Notes under the pieces: generated by a model
What the model was told of the DNA's origin: nothing
What the model saw: only the letters and a program-made list of their open reading frames with translations
The model's database searches: none
Shown: in pieces, positions 1 through 10,500 of the stretch
Layout of the letters: each line of letters starts with the position of its first letter
Numbering within the stretch: position 1 is the stretch's first letter
Origin: Candidatus Woesearchaeota archaeon
GTDB lineage: Archaea; Nanobdellota; Nanobdellia; Woesearchaeales; GW2011-AR9
Length of the DNA: 50,712 nt
Assembly (NCBI GenBank): GCA_018303445.1
Contig: JAGVYE010000002.1
Coordinates: 1 to 50,712 of the forward strand
Direction of reading: 5' to 3'
Translations under genes and position numbers: made by a program

Positions 1-14
1 GCTGTACGTGGCAT
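1..14 (-). CDS. 5' end of a gene running off the window (MPRT...)
   Basis: Minus strand reads GAGGTGA-TACT-ATG: a strong Shine-Dalgarno followed by ATG at 14. Only 4 codons are visible. Confidence 0.4.
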
Positions 15-90
15 AGTATCACCTCTTTGTTGACGATGAACGTCAATGAAGAGGTAAACAAAGCAAGAATATAAAGTTTACTATTTTAGG

Positions 91-822
91 TCAATTCGAG
101 GTTTTACCCTTCTTCAAAGAAAGCTGCACAAAAATTTCCGCAAAGGCTTTTTCTTGAAGCATCTCTACTTTGTGCTCATTCTCTAAATGTAGCAAAGGCA
201 TAAAAGTATAAACTTTTTCTTCCCTTCCTGCTTGGGGTGGAAGAAGGCGGGTAAAGGGTAATTTTTCACTTTTTTCTTTCTTTGAATAGTAAATAATCTT
301 CTGGTACATTTCTTCAATAACTTCAATGATGTCGGCTTTTTTCTTGGGAATGTCGAACTTCACGGGCCGCATCTTTTCCAGGAGACGTTTCTTGGACGCC
401 AAAGCCTGCTGCAAAGCATTCACAAGGTCATGAATAGACACTTTCCTATTCCTCGGTTGAGGATTACGAGGGATAAGGGCAAATGGTCCTTGTTTTTGTT
501 TCTTGCCTGAGAGGGCTTGATAAAACTCGTCTTCTTCTGCTTCTTCACCTTGGTTTATAAGGACATCAAGCTTGGAAATATCATTATCGACTAAATGAGT
601 TGATTTAAGCTTAAGAAGGATGGCCGCAGCTAACAAGACTTTCCCAGAGATGCGAAAATCGTGTTCCTGCATGGTTTTAATGACCTCAATATATTTTTTA
701 GTGAGAAGGCTGACATTGATATCCCAAGGGTCCATTTGTTCGTTGCGAACTAAGTCGTAGAGGATCGTTTTCCAGGAAATTTCCTCTTCTTTTAAGAGCA
801 TCTGTAAGATTTCTTCTTGCAT
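91..822 (-). CDS. scpA: Segregation and condensation protein A (kleisin)
   Basis: MDPWDIN..L...Y motif, SGKVLLAAAILLKLKS, RKVSIHDLV.AL, and C-terminal winged helix with VYTFMPLLHL...Q...FAEI. Confidence 0.9.
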   Translation of the reverse strand: MQEEILQMLLKEEEISWKTILYDLVRNEQMDPWDINVSLLTKKYIEVIKTMQEHDFRISGKVLLAAAILLKLKSTHLVDNDISKLDVLINQGEEAEEDEFYQALSGKKQKQGPFALIPRNPQPRNRKVSIHDLVNALQQALASKKRLLEKMRPVKFDIPKKKADIIEVIEEMYQKIIYYSKKEKSEKLPFTRLLPPQAGREEKVYTFMPLLHLENEHKVEMLQEKAFAEIFVQLSLKKGKTSN

Positions 823-882
823 GAGAAGAAGAATATTCTCATCTTTTTAAAGATGGTGGTTTTGCGAGGTTAAAAGAGGATG

Positions 883-1602
883 TCAACGAAAAGAATGGAA
901 GCGTTCCAGTGATGCACGATGCTCTCCCCATTTTCTCATGGCTTTTTCATATTCTGCTTGATGCTCTTTTTTATTTGTAAGTTTAAAGAAACCGAAAGGA
1001 TTGAGTCTACGAGAAGAAACAAAAGGGTTAATTTTTCTTCTTAAATCATCAGAAGCGTAATCAACGGGAATAACTTTAGATGCTTTCGGCCAAGATGTCC
1101 AGTCGTAATTGACGTAGAGAAATTTGGTACCATACGAAGCCATCAGTTCGGTAGAAACCAATTCAAGTGTAGCAGTGGCGAGACCTCTCCGGCGAAACTG
1201 GGCGTGATCAGCATAACGACGCAATTCGACAAATTTGCACTGATCCGAAGTCGTACGTCCTGACTCAGGGAAGGGAAGTGTCCTTAAAACTAAAAGAGGG
1301 GAATAGCCATTTAATCCTTCCTGTTCTTCGGTCATCCTTGTATAAATGTTTCCTTCACCAACGATGAAAGTGTTTGTGGAATCACGAAAATCTAATTTTG
1401 TCTTCTTTTCTTTACGAAGAAAATGATCCTCAACAAGAGCCGCCAAATATAAAGACCGGAGAGTAATTTCGAACGTTTTGTTTTCGGCAATACCAAAATA
1501 CTTTAGCACTTCGGAAGGGAATTGAACAATATCAGCAAGATTCGCTGGGAAGAATCGCCGAACTTCGTCACCTTCCATTAAACGTTTTGTAAAATCACTC
1601 AT
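883..1602 (-). CDS. Hypothetical protein with GNAT-like acetyl-CoA binding motif
   Basis: 239-aa ORF. HAQFRRRGLATATL resembles GNAT motif A. AT-rich TATA-like element upstream. Confidence 0.55.
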   Translation of the reverse strand: MSDFTKRLMEGDEVRRFFPANLADIVQFPSEVLKYFGIAENKTFEITLRSLYLAALVEDHFLRKEKKTKLDFRDSTNTFIVGEGNIYTRMTEEQEGLNGYSPLLVLRTLPFPESGRTTSDQCKFVELRRYADHAQFRRRGLATATLELVSTELMASYGTKFLYVNYDWTSWPKASKVIPVDYASDDLRRKINPFVSSRRLNPFGFFKLTNKKEHQAEYEKAMRKWGEHRASLERFHSFR

Positions 1603-1716
1603 TTAATACTACTTATGAAGATCATTTAAAAAATTTTAGGAGGCAGAGGTTGTTACGAAACTTTCTTCACAAGAAAATAGATTCACCACAACACCGATTT
1701 TGAGAATGTGATAAAT

Positions 1717-3213
1717 TCACACCGCCTTCCTTTCATTAAAATCCATTACATACTTAACATAGAATGGAAAAATAAGAGTGGCATCAAACAGTACTTCCGC
1801 AAATTGACCTTTTTCGAGGTCCATTTTCCCCCAAGAACCTCCTTCGCGATACGTACAACCACTGAGATGGCCATATTTAGGAGCATCGGGGCATATTCTT
1901 GTTCCATAGCTGAACTTTCGTTCTGGAATATCTTCACCTAATCTTTTGTTACGTAAAGTAATGTAAGGGGCAATGTTTTGGGGCCAATTTCTCGGGACGC
2001 CTCCACCTAAGGTAAAAATGCCGATTTTTTCTGAGTTAACAACAAGGTCCATAAGATGAAGGGTATCTAATTCAGTATTTACGATTATAGGACGTCCAGC
2101 ACTTTTTTCAATTTCTCTATTATGCACATTAACATCATTTCCTAATTCAGAATCAACAAAGGCAGGAACATAGACAGCAACACCTCGATCATATGCCGCA
2201 CGTAAGATAGCACGTTCGGAGCCGGGATGATGATCATGCAAAAATTGACCAATAGCTCTATTTACTTCCCAACTTGCGATAGGCCTTTCCCCATTAAACG
2301 TTTTGAGCGCATGTCTCATCGCATCATCAATCTGGTCAAAATTAGTTTCAGGTTCAAGAGTGTCGGTAACCCTGTTCAATCCGTGAGCAAGCAAAACCTC
2401 GTCGGTTAATCGTGGATCGTATTTATAGTGTCGTAAATCTAAACCTTGCGCCAAGCCGTGAGCCATCAATGCTCCGGTGCTGGCAATGGCTTTAACTCCG
2501 TTTGGAATTCTTACCATGTCAGAGATACATAAACTCAATTGGGCAATAGTCATTGCTCCACTGATGGTCATAATGACACTACAGGCAGGATCATGTAGCA
2601 TTTTGTTTAAAATGTAGGCACCATGAGCAGCTTGATGTGTATGTTCACCCGCTGTTTCGAGTCTTCTTAGGAGTTCGTATACTTTTGTTTCCTGTCCTTC
2701 TACTCTTTCTTGTAATGCGGCTTCAATAACAGGAATGACAAAGTCTGGATGACTGAAGACGGCGTCAGGATAATATCCATCTTTAATTTGTCCTGGTTTT
2801 GCTTTGTCTTGATTATTAATAAAAAGGGCACGATCTGGTTTTGTGAAAATGGCATCTTCATGTCTCTCTGAGAATGGACCAACAACGATAACATTTCCTC
2901 CTAGAGGTTCATGTGCTGCATATTCTTCTGGTAAGATCACTTTTGAGAACCAGCCTTTTTCTACCATTCTTTGTAAGGCCTGGCCCAAAGGTATTTCTCT
3001 TTTTCCATCATAAACAAGAAGCGGTTTTTTCTTTTCGCAGATCATCGTTTCAAGCGTCGAGGTAACTTCTCCTAAACAACGCGCTCCAAAGGAACTTTGC
3101 TCCATACCTTGTACAACCTGAGAAACGGTCCTATATTTCCCTAAGTCTAATGGTTCTAAAGGCTGAAGTTGAATGCCGTTAACAATTAATGGTTCCGAAG
3201 TTATGATGTCCAT
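1717..3213 (-). CDS. dys: Deoxyhypusine synthase / homospermidine synthase family protein with internal insertion
   Basis: SFGAR, TISGAMT, STGALMAH, NRVTDT, VPAFVDSELG, LGGGVPRNW, GHLSGCT and SWGK (catalytic Lys) motifs. Start moved to ATG at 3213 because the upstream extension is a tRNA gene. Confidence 0.85.
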   Translation of the reverse strand: MDIITSEPLIVNGIQLQPLEPLDLGKYRTVSQVVQGMEQSSFGARCLGEVTSTLETMICEKKKPLLVYDGKREIPLGQALQRMVEKGWFSKVILPEEYAAHEPLGGNVIVVGPFSERHEDAIFTKPDRALFINNQDKAKPGQIKDGYYPDAVFSHPDFVIPVIEAALQERVEGQETKVYELLRRLETAGEHTHQAAHGAYILNKMLHDPACSVIMTISGAMTIAQLSLCISDMVRIPNGVKAIASTGALMAHGLAQGLDLRHYKYDPRLTDEVLLAHGLNRVTDTLEPETNFDQIDDAMRHALKTFNGERPIASWEVNRAIGQFLHDHHPGSERAILRAAYDRGVAVYVPAFVDSELGNDVNVHNREIEKSAGRPIIVNTELDTLHLMDLVVNSEKIGIFTLGGGVPRNWPQNIAPYITLRNKRLGEDIPERKFSYGTRICPDAPKYGHLSGCTYREGGSWGKMDLEKGQFAEVLFDATLIFPFYVKYVMDFNERKAV

Positions 3214-3227
3214 TTTTTGGAAAAAAG

Positions 3228-3364
3228 TGGGCCTGCTCGGAAAGTCAGACGAAGAGTTTTCCTCTACGTCATTTGAACCGAGGACTAACGCCTTACTTCT
3301 CACGAAGAGTGTAAGGGCGCTGTCATATGCAGTCTTATGAAGATAACCGCTAGACCACAGGCCC
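3228..3364 (-). tRNA. trnV: tRNA-Val(TAC) with three BHB introns (D-loop 20a/21, anticodon 37/38, T-loop 59/60)
   Basis: Acceptor GGGCCTG/CAGGCCC+A. Removing 3344-3327 (18 nt), 3309-3294 (16 nt) and 3271-3242 (30 nt) gives a full cloverleaf: GTCTAGCGGTTATGAC D-arm, GCGCC-CTTACAA-GGCGT, CTCGG-TTCAAAT-CCGAG. TATA upstream and T6 downstream. Confidence 0.93.
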
Positions 3365-3498
3365 AATAAAGAACGTAGGGAAGCTATTTATTTAAAAAAG
3401 TTTCTTGTTGTTTCATCTCTACCGGCTCTGGTGTAAACTTCAAGTTTAAAGCAAAGTATATAAACTTATGAAAAGATATCTAGAATCAAAAGAGGAAG

Positions 3499-4992
3499 AT
3501 GATGAAATTTAAAGTCAAAGATATGGACATTCATACTGGGGGCACATTAATCGCGATTCTGAATGAGAAAGATGCCAGAGAGCTTGACATTTATTCCAGT
3601 GACCGTATTGTTGTTAAGTATGGAAATAGAAAAATAACTTGTATTTTGGATATTTCTGAAAGTCAAAGAGCCGTGCCTGAAGGCCATATCGGCTTGATGG
3701 AAGAAGTTCTGGATAAGCTCTGCCTTCTCAAAGGAAAGTGCCTCATTCGTGGCGCACTGGTAGACGTTTCACCAAATGGAAAGCCTGAATCAGTGAAACA
3801 TATTCGAGATAAGCTGCATGGAAAAGAATTGAGTTATGAAGAGTTGTATCATATTGTTGATGACATTACCAATGACCGGCTTACCGATATCGAAAAAACT
3901 TACTTTGTCGCAGCAGGATTTACCCATGGTTTTAGCAATGAGGAAATTGTCCATTTAACGAGAGCAATGGTGTACACAGGATCGCGTCTTAAATTTGGGA
4001 AGATTACTTTAGATAAACATTGTGTCGGAGGTGTTCCAGGAAATAGAACGACAATGCTAGTCATCCCCATCATTGCCGCGGTAGGTTTTACGATACCAAA
4101 GACGAGTTCCAGGGCCATAACCTCTCCGGCAGGAACAGCAGATACAATGGAATGTCTGGCAAAAGTGGAACTTACAGAGAAGATGATAAAAGAAGTGGTG
4201 AGAAAGACAGGAGCTTGTATCGTGCATGGAGGATCGATGAATTTAGCGCCTGCGGATGATAAAATTATTGACATTGAACATCCTCTTTCGATTGATGCTG
4301 AAGGACAACTTCTCGCTTCGGTTATGGCCAAGAAATATTCTGTGACGGCAAATCACGTGTTAATTGATATTCCCATGGGAAAAAGCACCAAAGCGACAAC
4401 AAAAAGAGAAGCACGTCATTTAAAGAGAATGTTTGAAATGCTTGGAAAAAGCTTGGAGATGGATGTGAAAGTGGTTATTACTGATGGTTCCCATCCTATT
4501 GGCAATGGAGTGGGGCCTTTACTGGAAGCACGCGATGTTATGGCCGTGCTGCATAATGATCCCCTTGCGCCACAGGATTTGCGGGAGAAAGCGTTAGATA
4601 TGGCCGGAATTCTTCTGGAGATGGCAGGATCGTATCGTGACGGGCGTAAGGTTGCAGAAGAGATCTTAGCTACGGGAAAAGCTCTGAAGAAAATGGAGGA
4701 AATTATCAATGCCCAAGGGCGGCAACAGAAAAGTGAATTAGGATCTTATCGCTCAGAAATTCATGCCCTAAGAACAGGAAAAATAAATGAAATAGATAAT
4801 GAAATTATTGCTAAGTTAGCTCGTCTCGCAGGTGCTCCGAAAGATAAGGGAGCCGGTCTTTATCTTCATAAAAGAATACATGACTACGCTGAGAAAGGTG
4901 AAATTCTGTATACTTTATATGCTGAAAGTAAGTTTAAGTTAGATTCAGCGAAAGAGTTGGCGAGAGAAAATAATGGGTATGTTATAAAATAG
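3499..4992 (+). CDS. deoA: AMP phosphorylase (thymidine phosphorylase family, archaeal long form)
   Basis: DKHCVGGVPGNRTT, PKTSSRAITSPAGTAD, LAPADD and SVMAKK motifs, plus the N-terminal double-psi-type extension of archaeal AMP phosphorylases. Confidence 0.93.
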   Translation: MMKFKVKDMDIHTGGTLIAILNEKDARELDIYSSDRIVVKYGNRKITCILDISESQRAVPEGHIGLMEEVLDKLCLLKGKCLIRGALVDVSPNGKPESVKHIRDKLHGKELSYEELYHIVDDITNDRLTDIEKTYFVAAGFTHGFSNEEIVHLTRAMVYTGSRLKFGKITLDKHCVGGVPGNRTTMLVIPIIAAVGFTIPKTSSRAITSPAGTADTMECLAKVELTEKMIKEVVRKTGACIVHGGSMNLAPADDKIIDIEHPLSIDAEGQLLASVMAKKYSVTANHVLIDIPMGKSTKATTKREARHLKRMFEMLGKSLEMDVKVVITDGSHPIGNGVGPLLEARDVMAVLHNDPLAPQDLREKALDMAGILLEMAGSYRDGRKVAEEILATGKALKKMEEIINAQGRQQKSELGSYRSEIHALRTGKINEIDNEIIAKLARLAGAPKDKGAGLYLHKRIHDYAEKGEILYTLYAESKFKLDSAKELARENNGYVIK

Positions 4993-5415
4993 TTATCTCC
5001 CTGTGCTGCCAAAAGCACTCTCACCACGGGTTGTGGCATCTAAGTCTTTTACTTCGATAATTTTTCTCTGTTCAACAGGTTGAATAAGCATTTGGGCAAT
5101 TTTCTTTCCTTTCTCTACCGTAAATGGTTCAGTAGAAAGATTATGAAGAAGGATCTTAACTTCCCCCCTGTATCCTGAATCGATGACTCCGGCCATAGTC
5201 TTAAGACCATGCTTAGAAGCAATTCCCGATTTATCCCAGATTAAACCCACATATCCTGAAGGAATAGCCATGGCAATTCCGGTGGGAATTAATTTCCGCT
5301 CCTGCGGCTGCAAATTAATAGTCTCATTAGAACACAAATCCATCCCCGCGTCTCCAGGCAAGGCATATTGGGGAAGAGTTGCTTCTGGATGTAATTTTTT
5401 TACTTTAATGACCAT
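4993..5415 (-). CDS. dut: dUTP diphosphatase (trimeric)
   Basis: GDAGMDL, DKSG, GVIDSGYRGE, KIAQM and RG..AFGSTG motifs. Confidence 0.96.
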   Translation of the reverse strand: MVIKVKKLHPEATLPQYALPGDAGMDLCSNETINLQPQERKLIPTGIAMAIPSGYVGLIWDKSGIASKHGLKTMAGVIDSGYRGEVKILLHNLSTEPFTVEKGKKIAQMLIQPVEQRKIIEVKDLDATTRGESAFGSTGR

Positions 5416-5477
5416 TCTTTGAAATGAAGATGGCGAGATTTTTAATGATTGTTATGGTCTGATAGATGAATACTCCC

Positions 5478-5644
5478 GGCTTCATCCAATAAATGGGCGG
5501 TACTAATGCATGAGCGATAGAATCTTCTCTCAACTCTTTATTGCGGGGAGGGTTGATCCTACGGAAGGGAACCCACACTTTAATAATAGAAGTAGAAGAG
5601 CGAGTTGGTACTACCTGAGCGTTAGCGAATTATTGGATGAAGCC
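5478..5644. mobile_element. 167-bp MITE (non-autonomous IS derivative)
   Basis: Perfect 15-bp terminal inverted repeats GGCTTCATCCAATAA (5478-5492) and TTATTGGATGAAGCC (5630-5644), flanked by 9-bp direct repeats AATACTCCC (5469-5477, 5645-5653). No ORF inside. Confidence 0.9.
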
Positions 5645-5689
5645 AATACTCCCAAAAAATATTTATAAAATCTTGATTCTGGGAGAATA

Positions 5690-6208
5690 GTGGGAAAAAA
5701 ACTAATAGTATACCTTCGAAATAATGAAGAAATATGGAAAATTATTACAATAATTCAAGGTTCCAAAGGAGATTTCTATATTCACACGCCTTTTTCCACC
5801 TCAAAATTTTCAAGACATGTTAGTGGTCAAACACACATTAAGTCGACAATCAAAAATCTACCTGACCCTTTTGGGCTTCAGAAAGAAGATGATTATATTT
5901 TTCCACCAATGTGGAGACAAAAGCTCACCGAATTTAATGGTTTTGAATCTATGTCAACTGTGGGTATTAATATAAATGCACTGAAAGGTGCAACCAAAGC
6001 TATTTCTGTTGAGAAATTTACCCAAAATGTGATCTTTGATATAACCAGATATGAAAATTGGGTAAATGTCGCTTTGTGTCTTACTAGTAAAAATTACCCA
6101 TTACCGGATTTTAGCTCTCAATTTCTGAATCCGCAAATGTTTATATTTAAAAATGTAGAACCTTGGATACTTTTAGTTACAGGTACAGTACCAAAGAATG
6201 AATTATAA
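5690..6208 (+). CDS. Hypothetical protein (AT-rich)
   Basis: 172-aa ORF with GTG start, GGGAG RBS and TTTATAAA box upstream. No recognised motif. Confidence 0.6.
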   Translation: MGKKLIVYLRNNEEIWKIITIIQGSKGDFYIHTPFSTSKFSRHVSGQTHIKSTIKNLPDPFGLQKEDDYIFPPMWRQKLTEFNGFESMSTVGININALKGATKAISVEKFTQNVIFDITRYENWVNVALCLTSKNYPLPDFSSQFLNPQMFIFKNVEPWILLVTGTVPKNEL

Positions 6209-6218
6209 TTTAAAATTC

Positions 6219-6953
6219 TTACATTTTTCTACAAAATGTCAAAAAACCAGTATGTCCGAGCATTTCAAATTCTGGGCGCATGATTTTGTCTTCGATTTTC
6301 CATTTTCTTTCCAGTAATTCGAGAGTTTCCAAGATTTTAAGAGATGTTCCTTTCGTTGATTCAATGAAATTTTTAACTTGAGTTAAATTGGGTACATAAA
6401 CAACGAGAAAACCTCCTACTTTTAGAGATTTTTCTGCATGAGGTACTACATTCCACGGCTCGGGAAGGTCTAAAGTTATAACGTCAACATCTTTTTCTCC
6501 TATTCCTTCATAAACGTTTTTCTTTTTTAGAATAACATTCTTCAGCGCAAGGTGTAAGATATTTTTCTCTAACAAGGGATAATGCTGAGGATTGATTTCA
6601 TAAACTGTGATTTCTTTACAAAGATTAGCCAGGGCGAAGCATAACGCGCCGCTTCCACCGCCAGCATCAACAATTTTAGTAGCAGAATTGATCCCCGTCT
6701 TCGCAAAAATAATCCCAATATCTTTTTGCCGCAGAGCTTGGGGGCCCCTTTCAATGGACTCCCAAAAGTCAACAAAAGAAGGGGCGAAAGCGATAAACTT
6801 TTTTCTCTTGGATGAGAAGAAAGACGATTCTTTTCCCTTTAAGTTTTCTTTGGCAATAATCCCAAAAGAAGTATGGAAATCTTCATCAAGATCTTTAACG
6901 TAAAATTTCTTGCCTGTACTCTCTTCAATTAAGATTTTCTGTATCGTTCTCAT
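6219..6953 (-). CDS. trmI: tRNA (adenine-N1)-methyltransferase (m1A57/58)
   Basis: RGPQ...KDIG, DAGGGSGAL, DVITLDLPEPW and RP...MLGHTGFLTF motifs. Likely start is MRTIQK at 6953. Confidence 0.92.
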   Translation of the reverse strand: MRTIQKILIEESTGKKFYVKDLDEDFHTSFGIIAKENLKGKESSFFSSKRKKFIAFAPSFVDFWESIERGPQALRQKDIGIIFAKTGINSATKIVDAGGGSGALCFALANLCKEITVYEINPQHYPLLEKNILHLALKNVILKKKNVYEGIGEKDVDVITLDLPEPWNVVPHAEKSLKVGGFLVVYVPNLTQVKNFIESTKGTSLKILETLELLERKWKIEDKIMRPEFEMLGHTGFLTFCRKM

Positions 6954-7005
6954 TCTAAGATAGAAAGAGGAATGATTTTTAAAGTTTCTGAGAAAAAAAT
7001 AGAAC

Positions 7006-7578
7006 ATGATGATAAAGATAGCGGCAAATTTTCAGAACAACAAGAAAACCTTTCTTACCAAAATGGACAAAAGCAAAAAAGGAGATATAGATGCGAAAGC
7101 TTTACCGATTATCAACATTATAAATTCTCTTCCGGAATATTACACCACCTCTTCTTGTTCTGGACGCGTCTATTTTTGGCGAAGTAAAGGGAGAAAAAAT
7201 GAAACGGAATGGCTTAAAGTGAGCCACGATAGTATTGAAACTTCTTTTTTTGAGTTAGAAGATACAGAAGGGGTGATATTCCTCCGCGTAGAGGATTTTA
7301 TTATCCATGTCGCTTGTAAAGATTTGCCGTCGGCAAACAAATTGATGATGGTAGCACGCCAAATGTATAAAAAAAGTTGTTTTTTAAGTGTGAGCAGCAA
7401 AATCGTGGTGGAAATAAAAGGAAGCGAATTTATGGATATGCCTTTTTACAGCAATGGTAAGCCATTGTATGCGGGAGATTTGCCATTTTTAATGGATATG
7501 ATCCAGCAAAAATTGAGAAAAATCTGGGAAAGAAGAGAAAAATTAGAAGAAAAAATAAAGAAGCTCACTTCTTCTTAA
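7006..7578 (+). CDS. taw3: tRNA(Phe) wyosine methyltransferase Taw3/TYW3
   Basis: DKSKKGDID, YYTTSSCSGR, WLKVSH and IIHVAC motifs. Confidence 0.92.
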   Translation: MMIKIAANFQNNKKTFLTKMDKSKKGDIDAKALPIINIINSLPEYYTTSSCSGRVYFWRSKGRKNETEWLKVSHDSIETSFFELEDTEGVIFLRVEDFIIHVACKDLPSANKLMMVARQMYKKSCFLSVSSKIVVEIKGSEFMDMPFYSNGKPLYAGDLPFLMDMIQQKLRKIWERREKLEEKIKKLTSS

Positions 7579-10500
7579 CAACTAACAAAACCAAAGCCAG
7601 CACCAAGGCAATAAAGACTAAAACAACGAGGCCAGCTAATAATAAAATATACTGGTCGCTTCCCCGAAAGGAAGCGCGGACAACGTTATCTTGTTGTTCT
7701 TGCTGCCGTGCGGCTAATTGCTGTTGTAATTCTGTGGATGTTATCTGACGCACTGGTTCTGTTCCTACGACTGTCGTCTTATTCTCTCTCTGGAGAGAGG
7801 CACATTCCTGGATAGTCAGAGGAATTTCCTGTTTCTCATCTGTTTTACCATCCCGAGAAACTTCTAGGGCCAGTTGGTAATTTCCCGGCTCAGCATCTGC
7901 AAAGTCAAGATTGAAGGTGAGCCGCTCTTCATTATCACTGCCAGAGAAGTCATCAAGTTCAATTCCGGTGCGGCGGAGGTTTAAGCCTAAAGCGCTATTG
8001 GCAACGGTAACTTCGAGGTCTTCTTCATCGCTTTTACCGACATTTTTAATGGTAACTTGTAAATTCGTTTCTCTGGAACATTGCAAGGTTGAAGCTCCCA
8101 GTGACGTTCTGGTGATAATGATGTTATGATTTTCACGGTCAACCTTAATCGTAATTTCTTGCTCATCTTCATGCTCTGTTCCATCGTCTGCTTCCCCTTG
8201 CACTTTGACTCTTACTTTATATTTTTCTTCCTCAAGATCTTCACCGCGCAAGTCAAAGATTAACGTCACTTCTTCTTCGTCTCCTTTATTAAGGTCAAAT
8301 TCGTCTGATTCTTTTTCTAAATCTTCTCCATCAACATCAAGGATTTCAACGGTGACAGAAACATCATCAATATCTTTAGTGTACTTATTTTCTAGTTCTA
8401 CCTTGATTTCATTTTCCTCCTCAAATTGGAGGTCACCACTTGTTTTTCCGTTAATCTCAATACTTTTGATGGAAAGAAAACTCTGAGTTTTGACAAAGAG
8501 AGGCATCGTTTTGCTCAGGGGCGTGCCAGTGCTATTTGCGGCCGTTACTTGTATGTCGCCAATTATACGCTTTCCCGCAGCTTGATTACTGGGAACAGAA
8601 ACTTTAAGTCCGATCGTGGCTTGCTCTCCAGCATTAAGATTCACCGGCGCATTTGTTATTTGAGCGCTGAAACGGCTGTCAACATTCATAAACTGAATTT
8701 GAATATTGGTGAGCCTTTCCGTCGTTCCTACATTTTTCACCGTAACATTGAGATTAGCATCTTGACCTCGCACCGCATTATCAAAAACAGCTTCCGCTGG
8801 CAGTTGAAGATCGGCAGGCTGAACAGCTACAACACGATAGGTTGAAAAACCAGTTACGTTGAAAACGAATTCTCCATTAGCATTTCTCACGAGCATACAT
8901 CGTGTTGCAGGACAATCGGCAAAGCCGCTCTGGGCATTAAAGCCATTGGCAACTTGAATAACCGGATTAGTAAAAGCTCTTTTGAGGGTAATAGCAGCAC
9001 GTTCTCCGGTAAACGGATTAGTCGCAGAGTTAACGGAAGCGATGCCGTCACTGATGGTTATCAGATTATCCAAATTAAGTAAATCCGCAGTTACCAAAGC
9101 ATCAAGGTTAATTCCGTCAGTGAAAAGTATTTTTCCAAAATTATTTTCTACTTGGAGATTAAAATTAGTGCGATTGTTAATTGTTCCCGTGGGCGGGATA
9201 TTAGTCTGTAAGTTTGTGGCTGCCGGTCGGTCTGTTACACGCACTTGCCAGACTCTTTCTTCACCAGGCATGACGGCTTTAACGGTATACATTCCGGCCA
9301 TGTTTTGCTGGAACGTGAAAATATCTCTTCCAGCGGCGGCGGCAACTTCAACGTTATCAACAAACCAGCGAAGATTATTAATGAAAGCCGCGTCAACGAG
9401 AATGGCGCGAAATTGTTTACTGACGCCTAACCCCACAACAACATTTGGCGTCGCTGGTTCAGCACTTTGAATGCAAGGTCCTTTAGCAATAGTGGTGGTT
9501 TGCGTAGCTTGCTGTGAATTGCTCCTGTAGGAAGCGGTAACGGTAAGTTGGTTTGGTCCATTGGATAAGTTTCCAGCAGGAATAACAAACGTAAACGTTT
9601 GCTGGGCATTGCTGCTAATGGTTGCGGAAGGTAAGGATAGATTTAGACCGTTCCCGCCTCGTACACTAACCACGACGTCGTTTTCTGTATTGCTTCCTCT
9701 ATTTGTAAGTTCAGCAATTAAATTTGTCGAAGGTTTACAGGTAATGCCGTTAGGATCGGCTAAAATAATATTGGTAATGGCAACATCTGCAGGATTTTGT
9801 TGCACCATCAGATTAAAGGCAAAGGCATCACTGTAGGTTCTTCTATTGTCAATGAAATCTCTTCCTTGTATTTGAATCTGAACAGGATACGTCCCTTGTA
9901 GAGTTGTAAAATGAACTGCTCCAGTGAGAGTTATACTTTGGCTCGCACCTGCGGCAAGATTTACAGGAGTTTGAGTTTGAGCGGTAAAACCGGAAGGCGA
10001 ACTCACTTGTGCAGTTATTCCCGTAATAAGATGTGGCAGGTTATTGATCACATTAAAAGCTAAAGAAATTTGTTGCTGCGGCTGCACGGGTTGACTATTG
10101 CCTCCTGCCGTTACAGCATTTTGATTTAGGCGCACATTATTAATGGCCAAAGCCGGAAGCACCGTGATGCTAAGATTTGCAGGAGCGGATAAATCTTGTC
10201 CATCTGTTACGCGTACAGGGAAGCGACTTGCTCCAACATCAGTTTGTCGTGGTGTTCCTCTGAAGCGCAAGGGATTATTTGGATCGACGGTCAGCCAGCT
10301 TGGCAAGGAAGAACCGGTCGAGGAGATTGCCAATTGAGCCTGAGTATTATCTACGTCTGTGGCAGCAACTAAAAGTCCGGTAAATGGCACTCCTTCCACT
10401 GCTTGGGCTGGTGGAGGAACAGTAGCGATAACAGGAGCATCATTAACCGCATTAACGTTTACGGTAATAACAGCAGAGTTACTATTTGCCTCTCCATCAT

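Noticed and set aside
3214-3366. 51-aa N-terminal extension of the DHS ORF in the track
   Set aside because: It coincides with the triple-intron tRNA-Val gene, so the open frame is fortuitous.
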